Below the pieces are notes generated by a model that had not been told where the DNA came from, made no database searches, and was given only the letters and a program-made list of their open reading frames with translations. A stretch of DNA of 64,000 nucleotides, from contig NIVC01000642.1 in the NCBI GenBank assembly GCA_002269645.1, forward strand, positions 124,001 to 188,000, written 5' to 3'. Below are positions 1 through 11,700 of this stretch, piece by piece; position 1 is the stretch's first letter, and every line of letters starts with the position of its first letter. Both the position numbers and the translations under genes were made by a program. The DNA is from Macrostomum lignano (lineage: Eukaryota).

Positions 1-76
1 AACAGTCGGCCTTGAATCACGCACTCAATGCGTGGCATGCCGAACAGTCGGGCTTGAATCACGCCCCAATAGCGTG
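1..76. repeat. 42-bp tandem repeat, 2 copies at window edge
   Basis: aacagtcgg(c/g)cttgaatcacgc..gcgtg occurs twice. Confidence 0.7.
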
Positions 77-2950
77 ACAAAATGAAAGAAGACTAGTAAA
101 ACGCGTACGACGTACATTTTTTGCTTGATTTTACTAATCCAAAACGGGTTTTTGATTAAAATTTGAAACCCGAATAGCCAATTACTTATTTATAACTAAT
201 ATAATGTTTAATAAAATTATTGATGATATCGAACAATCAACAGAACCAAATTAAAGGTGGCAAACTAAAGCTATTTAATAAAATCAACAGGCAAAAAGGT
301 AACTAATAATAATATATTATTAGGAGCCAACAACCACAGGCTGATGCGTCGTAGGGCTGAAAAGTTTCGTGCACAGCAAAAGGAAGAGCACAAATTCGCA
401 TTGGTCTTAAGATCGAGAGAGAGAGAACGAGATTGCCAAGGTCAGCAATAGCTGGGCCTCCACTTTGCTGCGTTAAAACAGCAGTGGCGGCGCGGCTAAT
501 ATTGCCTTAGAAGAGAGACCCGTGGGAAACTAATACATCCTCTTTTGCCAGAGAGGCGGAACCGAAATCCCCAAATCCCATTTCCCACTCACTCAGTCTC
601 CCTCCCTCATTCTCTTTCAGTTTTAAGATTATTTTTCTCTACGCAAAGCAATTTTCCCGTGCACTCTCTCTTTCTCGATCTGGCTCTGAAGCCCTCGACT
701 AGGTTATAATATAAATTCCCAACACAAATACTCGTATGCATTTAAAGGAACATTAGCCAATTAAGGCATCAAAGCCAGTAACAGTGATTCAGCGCAGAGA
801 TGCATAGTGAGCACGCATTTTTGTGTGTTTTATTATTATTTTTTCTTAAAGATTTTTGTCACACAGTAAAGTGCTCAGATAAAAAACTAAAACTGTACAA
901 GCAGCAGGACAAATGATACAGGAACTGTGTTTGTGTGTAAGTAAATTACAGCGGACTTAAACGAGTAGAAAAAAACATTGGCTAACCATCTCCGAGCTAC
1001 AATCAACTACTGCGGAGACGAATATTTACTAAAAAATGGATAAAACTGAACAGAAAAAACACACGTAAACAGCAGAGAAAAAAAGCGGCGGTGATACTCT
1101 CTGCGCTTTACTGCGCGTGGTATATAGTATAAATGCCGGATAAGATTACAGGGTAGAAGTAGATGAAATTTAAACTGAACATAAATTTGTAGAGAGTCAG
1201 CCACACGTTACTATAGATAACTAAATAAATGACTGAACTAGTCATAGCAAAAGCTATTAATTTATTTTAATAAAACTCTCCTACGAATAGTAGAATAAAG
1301 GGCGAACAGTGCCAGAATTAAATATAAAAAGGGGACAAAAGTGCAAACGCGCCCCAGACACGGAGCAGCACCAAGACTTGCTTGAAGAGAAATAATGAGA
1401 GACAACTGACAGTTTGCTAAGCTAAATAAAATCTCGAAAAAAACGTTTGATCAGTCTAATTCGACTACCCGGAGTTTTAGGCGAGAAAGAAGCGTTATAG
1501 ACGCTGATTAAATTGTTTAGCGGAAATGAAATATTAAACGTATATACATACTTATAGGCAGTGTATTGCAAAAAGATGCTCTGATCTCTCTCTCTGTGTA
1601 AATGGGGGCTGTTAGATACGTACCAAGATAAATCATTAATTAACAACGAACACGCATACCAATTAGATTCGTGTAAATGTGACAAAAAGGACACAAAAAG
1701 AAGATGCACAGAAATAAAACAGAGAAGCAAAACACATCTGGATAAGGAGCATGTAAAATATTGACCATAAATAAAACAAGAAATGTCAGTTAATTAGGGG
1801 GCCGATGCAGAACTTAAAGAAGCGGACAAAGCTTTCTGATAGATTCTGCACCAAGGCCCAGCGAGACGGGAAATTCGAAGAGTCTTCAAGAGCAAAAAAA
1901 CTTGTTTCGTATCACGCGCATTGTCACAGGGCAAGCAGTGCGCGTTACAACACAGAAAAAGTACAACAAAATTGTTTTTTTCACATTTTCACATTTTTGT
2001 CTTTTTATTGCTTTTAAAAGATATTTTTGCCAGCAAAAACTCTGTTACAATAGAAAGCCACAAATCGGAGCATATCATATAATTAAAAAAACAAAAATAA
2101 AAATATAGACTTTTTAATTGCAATTTTGAAACAGGATAAAACCAGCGAGAGGAGCTCAAAAGAACATTGATAATTAATTAAGGGGAAGGAAATTAAAAAA
2201 AATGTACAATACTCTAAATGTAATTGAGAGTTTGGAAAATTAATCATTTAACAGGAGTGCTAAGTAATTAAGATGCACTTAAGATTGTATGCTTGGTTTG
2301 TGTAGAGATCCCTCTTAAAGTGTATAAATTTATGCCGATAATAAAGTAATATATAAGCGTTGAGCAAATCAGAGTTAGTGTGAAGATGCGAGTGAAATCA
2401 GCCCCGCTACAAGCACTCTATTCGACGGATAAATAAGTAAATACACACGTACAGTAAAATAAAAACGGATTAAGAGAATTAGACAGCAGTAGTATTAAAT
2501 CTACGAGGCGATAATTGACTAATTAAAGCGTTAAGCCGGGTGTCCAATCAATCTGTTGAATAAAAATCTAGGGTAAAAAGCGGGAGTAATCCTGACTGAG
2601 AATTATTGTCTTGTCATCTAACTAGTAAGTATTTGCCATAACAATGGGCAACGTTTCAAGAGAATTCTACAGGTAACAACAAATTACAAGTATGACGTAT
2701 TAATTAAGCTGTCTAGACGAATGTCCATGGCCTAAACCCGATTCGGCTACAGACTGGGATGCCGCGTCTACTCTTTCTTCAGTAGCTTGTCTGCGCAGTG
2801 TCATTTAAATTTAATGTGTTAGCTAAAATTTCCTTTCGATCCTCAGGGTTTGCGGCCTCGGAAGCATATCCAGTTAATTATGAACAACAGGCATTTAACT
2901 CGGGGTACACAAGTGAACGCAAGACGAACAAAACTTAGTCTAGGGGGGGG

Positions 2951-3391
2951 GCAGGCCTAATCTAGCTCAGCCAATGAGACAGCAGTAAGGACAGAGGGCA
3001 AATTTAGACGGACGAAACTCAAGCTAGGGGGCAGGCCTAATCTAGCTCAGCCAATGAGACAGCAGTAAGGACAGAGGGCAAATTTAGACGGACGAAACTC
3101 AAGCTAGGGGGCAGGCCTAATCTAGCTCAGCCAATGAGACAGCAGTAAGGACAGAGGGCAAATTTAGACGGACGAAACTCAAGCTAGGGGGCAGGCCTAA
3201 TCTAGCTCAGCCAATGAGAGAGCAGTAAGGACAGAGGGCAAATTTAGACGGACGAAACTCAAGCTAGGGGGCAGGCCTAATCTAGCTCAGCCAATGAGAG
3301 AGCAGTAAGGACAGAGGGCAAATTTAGACGGACGAAACTCAAGCTAGGAGGCAGGCCTAATCTAGCTCAGCCAATGAGAGAGCAGTAAGGA
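2951..3391. repeat. 80-bp tandem repeat, about 5.5 copies
   Basis: gcaggcctaa recurs at 2951, 3031, 3111, 3191, 3271 and 3351. Confidence 0.95.
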
Positions 3392-5411
3392 GAAAGATCA
3401 AATCAGAAACAATCGAGTAAGAGAAAAAAAGCCTAACTGTTTATCGGCCTGGTTGGGGCTGGGGCGCCAGTCCTTTTCGATAAAACAGGATGGAGATGCT
3501 AATTTAATGGGCCTTCTTTTAGAAAGCCAGAGGCGATTGCTTCAGCTTTAAAACCCTGGGGCCTAGATATCTTGAAAATGTAATGATTTTTTATTTTACT
3601 TTTATAAAGGCAAAAACGCTAATCATACTACCGAGGAAGAGTAATTAAAAGCATTTTTTGCGAGTGACAAATCTGGATATTCTATTGTAGTATCTGTGGC
3701 CTTAACCAGATTGCGGACACCCTGCCGAAACGAGCACAGCGCACTACAAAGTGTCAAAAAGATGAGCGAGAAACACAAAATATGATAAAAAAGTGATTTG
3801 CACACAAAAATAGGAGACAGTGTTCAGGGCTGAGAGACAGAGAATACTGACCATTGTATTATAAATATATATCAGCAAAACTGGTTACTATAAGTAGGCA
3901 GCGCGCAATTATGATTAGCAGAGCAGAAAGGTGTTAAAAATTAGCATAATCTTAAGCTCGAAACAGCTGCTTTGAGGATATTTGTCACTGTTAATAAATG
4001 AAAATGTGTGTATAGACTTAATAAGCACTATTAAATAAGTAATTTGAATCTTAGTAAACCAATGTAAAACCTGTAATTAGCACACGAGCTGGGCTAAGGG
4101 GCAAGCAGTCTGCAAAAGTATGCAACTGGGATTTCGTACACGGCGCAGACTTGATAAAAATTAAATTTGCAATTATATTAAATACATTAGAGATAATATA
4201 GAATATACATTATCTTCCATGGGAAAGCAAGTTCATTGTAAAGAATTGTAAAATGTAAACAATATATAGATAAACATATATATATATCAATATTTGAGGA
4301 AGTATTTTAACAGGCTTATTGGGGCCAGCATGTAACAGTGAAAGTTAATTCAAAGCTGAAATTATAATGAACTAGAAGAAAATTCCTTATTAATTTATTA
4401 AATTGACAATTAATATTAGTACATAGTAAAGGTAAACAATGAATGGTAATTTCAGGGAATGCAATGCACTGCGTGGCTGTGTTATCAATCACTTGTACAG
4501 TCTTGTCTCACCTCTCGCACGAATAAAGAGCATTTAAAAAAAGATGTTTGTATAATATAATATAATAAAGAGACACAATTGAGAAAGCACACAGAAGAGC
4601 TGGGTATAGTAAACAATAATTTTTAATAGTAAAAAAGCTGAAAAAGCAAACGTAAGCCTCTGGTTGAATTTTTAGGGAAAAAAACGTTAACCAAGGCGTA
4701 AGTATAGATGTACGCCAGGTGGGTAAATAAAATAGGGGGAAAAAGTGTTTTTTTTAGCGGTGCAGCATGTTGAGACAAATATTAAAGTTCATGGAGACTG
4801 GTGGGAGCAGCAGTGCAGTCTATCGAATCTTTCTAGCTAATTAATACGCAAAAATACTTGCTTTTTGTGTTTGTTTTTTGTTGTTTTCTTTAAATCTTTA
4901 AAATCAAATAGCAGACAAATTTCAATGTAAAAAATAGCAACACTATAAGCAACACGTAGATAGAGGATGACTTCGAATCGCCTTGCAAAGGTGCTTAGTT
5001 GACATTGAATTGTCAAGCGCACGAAATGATAAATGAACAATAATTAATAAAAGGAAAATAAAATAGAAACAATAGGACAAACAGAGAGTTGGCATCTTGA
5101 GTTGCAAAATTGTTTTTGTTATCGATAATGGTTTGGGTTGTAAACAGTAAAAATAGATTATAGACTTGAAGAAGATAGACAAGAATGAGACAAAAATGTT
5201 GCAAATATATTTTTTTGTTTTTTTTCAATATGGATCATTTTTATCCCTCACAAAAAGCGCAGTTTATCCGGAGCAATGAACGCCAGAAAAAACTAAGAAA
5301 ACATAAATCAGTCCCGACAGAGGGTCCGACAGGTAGAGTAGGATTTTGCCTGAAATTGGGACAGTGATTGTTTTTTAGTTCAATTGCTGGATGTACTACT
5401 AGGAATCTACC

Positions 5412-5615
5412 CTGATGCTGTACACAGTGTCACTGATGCTGTACACAGTGTCACTGATGCTGTACACAGTGTCACTGATGCTGTACACAGTGTCACTGAT
5501 GCTGTACACAGTGTCACTGATGCTGTACACAGTGTCCCTTATGTTGTACACAGTGTCCCTTATGTTGTACACAGTGTCCCTGATGCTGTACACAGTGTCA
5601 CTGATGTTGTACACA
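5412..5615. repeat. 21-bp minisatellite just downstream of the mei-P26 stop
   Basis: ctgatgctgtacacagtgtca, about 9 copies. Confidence 0.95.
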
Positions 5616-5771
5616 ATATTCCTCTGTACCCGATCCTGAACACCATATCCCAAGTGGCAGTGTCCCTGATCCCGTACAAAACACCATAAATATCAAAGTC
5701 GGAGTTTAACTTACACAATAAAGCGAAACAGCTCCAGCAGTTGCAGGTCGCTCAGAAAGTAAAGTGCTCGC

Positions 5772-8700
5772 TTAGCTGATGTACAGGGTGTTGAGCACCA
5801 ATACGTGGTGATTGTTTTTAGCCAGGGTCACCACATAGCCCTCGCCAGTGATCTTCAGGCCGCAGCAGCGGGACACTTTCACAGTCGGGCACTCGAACTC
5901 GGAGGTCAGCTGGCCCAGCCTGTTAAACACGGCCACGTGGAATTTGTTGCCATGGGAATCGCCGACTAGAACGTCGCCGTGGTCGCTAATGTCGATGCCG
6001 TTAGGGAAATTGGTGATAGCCTCGGAGCCGATGCGGCGAAGGTACACGCCATCCTCCTGGAACACGCAGACGCAGTGGCCCTTGAAGTCGCAGATGAAAT
6101 ACTCGTTACCGTGGATAGCGATATCAGACGGCTCGCGCATATAGCTGGAACAGTCGAACCATTTCACCAGATCGCCAGCCTCGGCGATGACAAACACGGT
6201 TGGCGACACGGAGTCCACGGCGACGATGTGCTGCTTACTGTTGATAGCCAGGCCGGCCACAATGTCAATGTAGCGGATGGTGATTTTGCGCAGGAAATTG
6301 CCGGACCGGCTGAAGATCTGCATACGGCTGCGCTCGCTGCCGCGGTCGCACACGATGAACTTGCCAGTTTGGCGGGCCACCACAACTTTGCGCGGATACC
6401 AGAGCTGGCCCTCCTCTCGGCCGGGCACGCCGAATTGGAATTTGTGCTCGCCGGATTTTTCGAATACCTGCGCAACAAATATGGGAGTCAGGCTTTTTTC
6501 TAACTACTACTATCAGTACTAAGTAGAGAGAGTCACGTAGGATATCCAATTGAATCGTTTGAGTCATTGTACGCGACTCTTGTGGCGACTCAAATCGGGC
6601 TTTCAAGGGAGCAGCTCTCAGCGCCACGACCCCCTTGCTTCGATTCCGTGCGCAGCATATCCCGGCCAACACCCAAGAGAGTGTACATGCCTGACGATTA
6701 GAAAGTCAGGGCTGCTGTACACTCTGTGTGGGCGTGTGCTCATATGTTTTGTTACGCTACTAAGAATTCGTATTTAGAAAATTTTGTCTGTTCTCTTTTT
6801 TACCTGAACTCGATGATTTTGCGTGTCGGCCACAACAATTTCTTCGTCAACGCCCAGACAGAAGCCGTGGGGCGAATTGAACTGACCCCTAGACGAGCCC
6901 AGCGAGCCCCAACGATGCCGTACAGTCATCGAAGAGCAGCGGCCCATGCGATTAGGGTAAGAGCTACTGCCGCCGCCGCCGCTAGCAGAGGATTGCAGCG
7001 GGCTGCCCAGACTGCCGGGCGCTCCGCCGCCTGTGATGACGCCGCCGCCAGTCGCGGCGCCGAAATCCAGGCTGCCAGTCGGCGTGCCAGTTCGACCAAT
7101 GGCGGCGGCGGCCGCTGCTGCCGCGGCGGTGCTGAGAGCAGCGGGATCCGTGACCAGCTGCAGCTTGGCGGCTAGCATAGAGCTCAGCAGCGCATCGGAG
7201 CCGTTGCTAAGGCCGCTGTCCGAGCCGGGGGCGCCGGGGCTTGGCTGCGATTGCGTCGGTGGCGGCAGGCCAAACAGGGCCGGGTTGCTGTAGGCGGCGG
7301 CGGCCGCGGCTACGGCGGCAACCGAAGGGTTGGAGGATGCGTGCGCGGCATCGAGTGCCGGCTCAGAGACCGCGACGGCGCCTTCGACATCGGCGGCGCC
7401 GACACTGCCAGCAACGGACGCGACAATCGAGGTAGCCTAAAGAGAGCGAATGTAGTGTCGGTTCTTAGTTATTTCAAAGAGAGGGCAGAGGCGGTGCCCC
7501 AATGAATAACCAGGGGGAGGGGGTGGGTGCGAGAGAGAGGCGGTGGCCATATAAATAATCAGGTGGGGTGGCTGCGAGACAGAGGCGGTGGCCCTATAAA
7601 TAATCAGGGGGTGGCTGCGAGACAGAGGCGGTGGCCCTATAAATAATCAGGGGGGTGGCTGCGGGACAGAGGCGGTGGCCCTATAAATAATCAGGGGGTG
7701 GCTGCGAGACAGAGGCGGTGGCCCTATAAATAATCAGGGGGTGGCTGCGGGACAGAGGCGGTGGCCATATAAATAATCAGGGGGTGGCTGCGAGACAGAG
7801 GCGGTGGCCCTATAAATAATCAGGTGGGGTGGCTGCGAGACAGAGGCGGTGGCCCTATAAATAATCAGGGGGGTGGCTGCGGGACAGAGGCGGTGGCCAT
7901 ATAAATAATCAGGGGGGTGGCTGCGAGACAGAGGCGGTGGCCCTATAAATAATCAGGTGGGGTGGCTGCGAGACAGAGGCGGTGGCCCTATAAATAATCA
8001 GGGGGTGGCTGCGGGACAGAGGCGGTGGCCATATAAATAATCAGGGGGTGGCTGCGAGACAGAGGCGGTGGCCCTATAAATAATCAGGGGGGTGGCTGCG
8101 GGACAGAGGCGGTGGCCATATAAATAATCAGGGGGTGGCTGCGGGACAGAGGCGGTGGCCATATAAATAATCAGGGGGTGGCTGCGGGACAGAGGCGGTG
8201 GCCATATAAATAATCAGGGGGTGGCTGCGGGACAGAGGCGGTGGCCATATAAATAATCAGGGGGTGGCTGCGAGACAGAGGCGGTGGCCATATAAATAAT
8301 CAGGGGGGTGGCTGCAGGACAGAGGCGGTGGCCATATAAATAATCAGGGGGTGGCTGCGGGACAGAGGCGGTGGCTATATAAATAATCAGGGGGGTGGCT
8401 GCGGGACAGAGGCGGTGGCTATATAAATAATCAGGGGGGTGGCTGCGAGACAGAGGCGGTGGCCCTATAAATAATCAGGGGGTGGCTGCGGGACAGATGC
8501 GGTGGCCATATAAATAATCAGGGGGCTGGCTGCGGGACAGAAGCGGTGGCCCTATAAATAATCAGGGGGGGTGGCTGCGGGACAGAAGCGGTGGCCCTAT
8601 AAATAATCAGGGGGGTGGCTGCGGGACAGAAGCGGTGGCCCTATAAATAATCAGGGGGGTGGCTGCGAGACAGAGACGGTGGTCCTATAAAAAACAGAGG

Positions 8701-11700
8701 GTGGTGGGAATGGGGCAAGTCGCTGTTCAGGTCTCACCTGCAGGTCTCCAGCCGTGGTGGTGGTCACGGGAGCTGCAGCAGAAGCAGCAGTGACAGTGCC
8801 AGAATTAATCTGAGCCCTATCGCTGCCAAAAGTGCCGAAATTGGCCATTACAATGGCTTTAAAACTGGGATGATTGGCCGTGAAGGGCACTGATGTGGGC
8901 AGGTCAGTGTCCCAGTGGGCCCGGAGCAGAGTGGCAGACCAGTCGTGCAGCACTTTAGCAGCGTAGGCCAGCACAACGGGCCCGGCCCGGTCAGTATACG
9001 CCTGTACAAAGCTGGCAGCCTCGGCCATCTGCTCGGCGCCTTTGGCAGTGTGCTCCATTAGCTCCATAGCGCGCATCTCAAGCTCGGAATGGACTCGACG
9101 ATTCTCTTCAAGAAATCGTTTGCCAGCTTCGTCTAAGAAGGCCCGATAACTGGCCAGGGCCTCCTTGATGGCGCCTTCGTTGTGCTGGCGGCTGTCGGCG
9201 ATTTCGGACAAGCGCTCCTGAGAAGGGGGTAGAGAGATTGCCGCTAAACTGTGTTAATATGAAATGCTATCTGTACTACTCAGTGCATTTAGTAAAAGCT
9301 TCTGCGCATAACTTTTAAAAGTGTAAATTCATACGATATGAAGAATAGCAATATCCATTAATTATATTTGGACTTAAGCGTGTATGGTGTTCATCTGTCT
9401 TTACTAGAGGCAGGGGGTTGTGTGCACCCTGGCGCACTTTAAGCGACATTGTCACACAACCGGCGAGAGGCATTACTGCCCATTCCGCCGACTCCCCTGA
9501 GCAGGCACACAAGCGCGCGGATACGTACGCAGTCATACGCACAGGCACACACTCACACAGGAGTGTACAGCGGACCTAACTTGATTCATTGTTAGGGATG
9601 TTTGGGCTTTAAGCATGTAGCCGTAAGCCCAAAAAATAGAGACATAATATCGAGACATTATTAATTTCCACGAGACATAAGGAGACATAGCCCGAGACAA
9701 GACAAAGCTAGCTAATAATGATGGAATATGTAAGAATAAAAAGTTTACAACTTATCGGAAAAATGTCTCCCGATATCTCATTCAATGTCTCTGGGGCAAC
9801 ATCTCAAGGCAATGTCTACAAAGAGACAACCACATGATGTCTCCCCAACATGTCTCCGAGACACCTTTCAATAAAAATACAGTACTAGTGATAGACCGAA
9901 TGTGGATTTATGCAAGCTTCCGAAACCGAATCCGAATGTACAAAAAATTCCGAATTCGAATGTGTTTCCGAATGTAAGCAAAGTAAAGGGTGAACGGCGG
10001 GAGTAACTATGACACTTTTAAGTAACGAAAATGCCTTGTCGTCTAACTAATGATCTAAGTAAGCAACTAGACTACTCTTTAAGTGAAATTCAAGTGAAAT
10101 TGCAAGGATTGAAACTTAATAGAGACTAAATAAGTTTGAATAAGCGAGACATTTTTTCGGATTCGGCGGATTCATCAATATACAGTAGATATGAAACAGC
10201 TTTTGAAAACGCACTGTACTTACATCAATGAATATAAGATGTGTACTAAAACAAACATGGATGACCAACCTGCAGTTTATCCTGCTCTCGATCCCAACGC
10301 CGCCGACTATCGCGCAGAGATCGAGCGTCTTGGCTAAGCAGAGTCTGCAGTTCGGCACCGGCAGTGGTAGCCTGATCAATATTGTGCAGCTTGTGCCCGG
10401 TGGCCACACATTCCGGGCAGTGAAGACTGCCACAATCACGGCAGTAGTATTTCAGCTGATCGGCTGGGTGCTCCTGGTTGGGATGGGTGGGGACAGGTTT
10501 AATGGTTTGAAATCGATCGCATAGAAGCTAGATAATGCCAACCATTCATACATGTACCTGGCAATAAATAGGCTTATGCAGCAGTCCGCTATCAGCCTCG
10601 GGGTCGCTACCCGGCTGCTCAAGATCTTTCACGTGGTGACGGCTGAACATTTTCATAACGGAATGCGCCTGTCGGCAGGTGCTGCACAGATAATCGGCGC
10701 ATTCACGACACTTGGCCACGGCCTCCGCTCCGGTGGTGCAGCCGCCGCATTTCACCTCGGCTAGATGGGAGCCTTGCAGTTCCTGCGCGGATGAAAAGGA
10801 TGGGGGAATACTTATAATTAGGAGGGTACAATAATGTAACACCAGTACTGAGTAATACCGAGAAGGTTTGAGCTTGTGAAGTTGATCGCCACACACACAC
10901 CCTCAGTTACCCCAGCTAATGCTGGCACCAATTTTACAGCTGGTCCTGCTCAAGGACGCATATCACGGTACAAGTCGCTAAAAAGTCGTCAAAGAGTTGC
11001 CTAAGACTCAATTTAAAGCGTTTTATTGTCTAAGACTTTGAAATGATTCTGGGGCGACGGTATAACGACTTTCGGGTCGTATAGTCACTGAGTTGCGTTC
11101 GAAGCGCATTTGAATTGCTTGATGAATTAGAGTCACATCACGTGACGCGCTTTTGACGCTTTTGCCGTAGCCCAGCGGTCTAGCGCAGCTGCTCTGGTGT
11201 GCCAGCGACCCAGGCTCGATTCCAAGTGCAGTCACATTAATTTGGGGCTCAATTGGAATCCCGGCTTAGCTCTGCTCGTGCAATTAACGGCCTTGAGAGC
11301 CGACCCCCCCCCCCAAGGCGCAGTGAAGTGTACATCCCTAACGATAAAATAAAGTTAGGGCCGCTGTACACTCCTGTGTGAGTGTGTGCCTGCGTACGTA
11401 TCCGCGCGCTTGTGTGCCTGCTCAGGGGAGTCGGCGGAATGGGCAGCAATGCCTCTCGCCGGTTGTGTGCCTATGTCGCTTAAAGTGCGCCAGGGTGCAC
11501 ACAACCCCCTGCCTCTAATAAGAAAAAAAATTCCATCGCAACAAACTTAACAACTCACCTGCAAGTACAGGTGATCTCTAGTCAGGCCAGCCAGTCCAGC
11601 CTCCGGATTAAGCACGGTAGGAGTCTGGCAGCGCGGACAGAACAGCAGGAAACCGCCAGCCGCGGCAGCCTGAGCGGCCTCCAGACAGGGCAAATCGAAC

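Noticed and set aside
2951-3391. Hammerhead-like GGACGAAAC in the 80-bp satellite
   Set aside because: The CUGANGA core is absent (only ccaatgag) and no stem II can form, on either strand.
1-5400. Very long U-rich mei-P26 3'UTR with autoregulatory motifs
   Set aside because: The strand bias is compatible, but the motifs are expected by chance in AT-rich DNA and no poly(A) site can be fixed.
5772-6467. Assignment as brat
   Set aside because: A RING is present and the NHL motifs differ from Brat (FTEPSGVAV, LLYPNRVAV) and fit Mei-P26/NHL-2.
10990-11020. aagactcaattta resembles part of the Macrostomum spliced leader as I recall it
   Set aside because: Short match from memory only; no terminal ATG/GT donor or Sm site follows.
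11164-11235. Intact tRNA gene
   Set aside because: The A and B boxes are degenerate, there is no good acceptor or anticodon stem, and it continues into the SINE body.
11372-11450. HDV-like ribozyme in the SINE body (cggcggaatggg)
   Set aside because: P1 would be almost all G-U pairs, and L3 does not fit the consensus.
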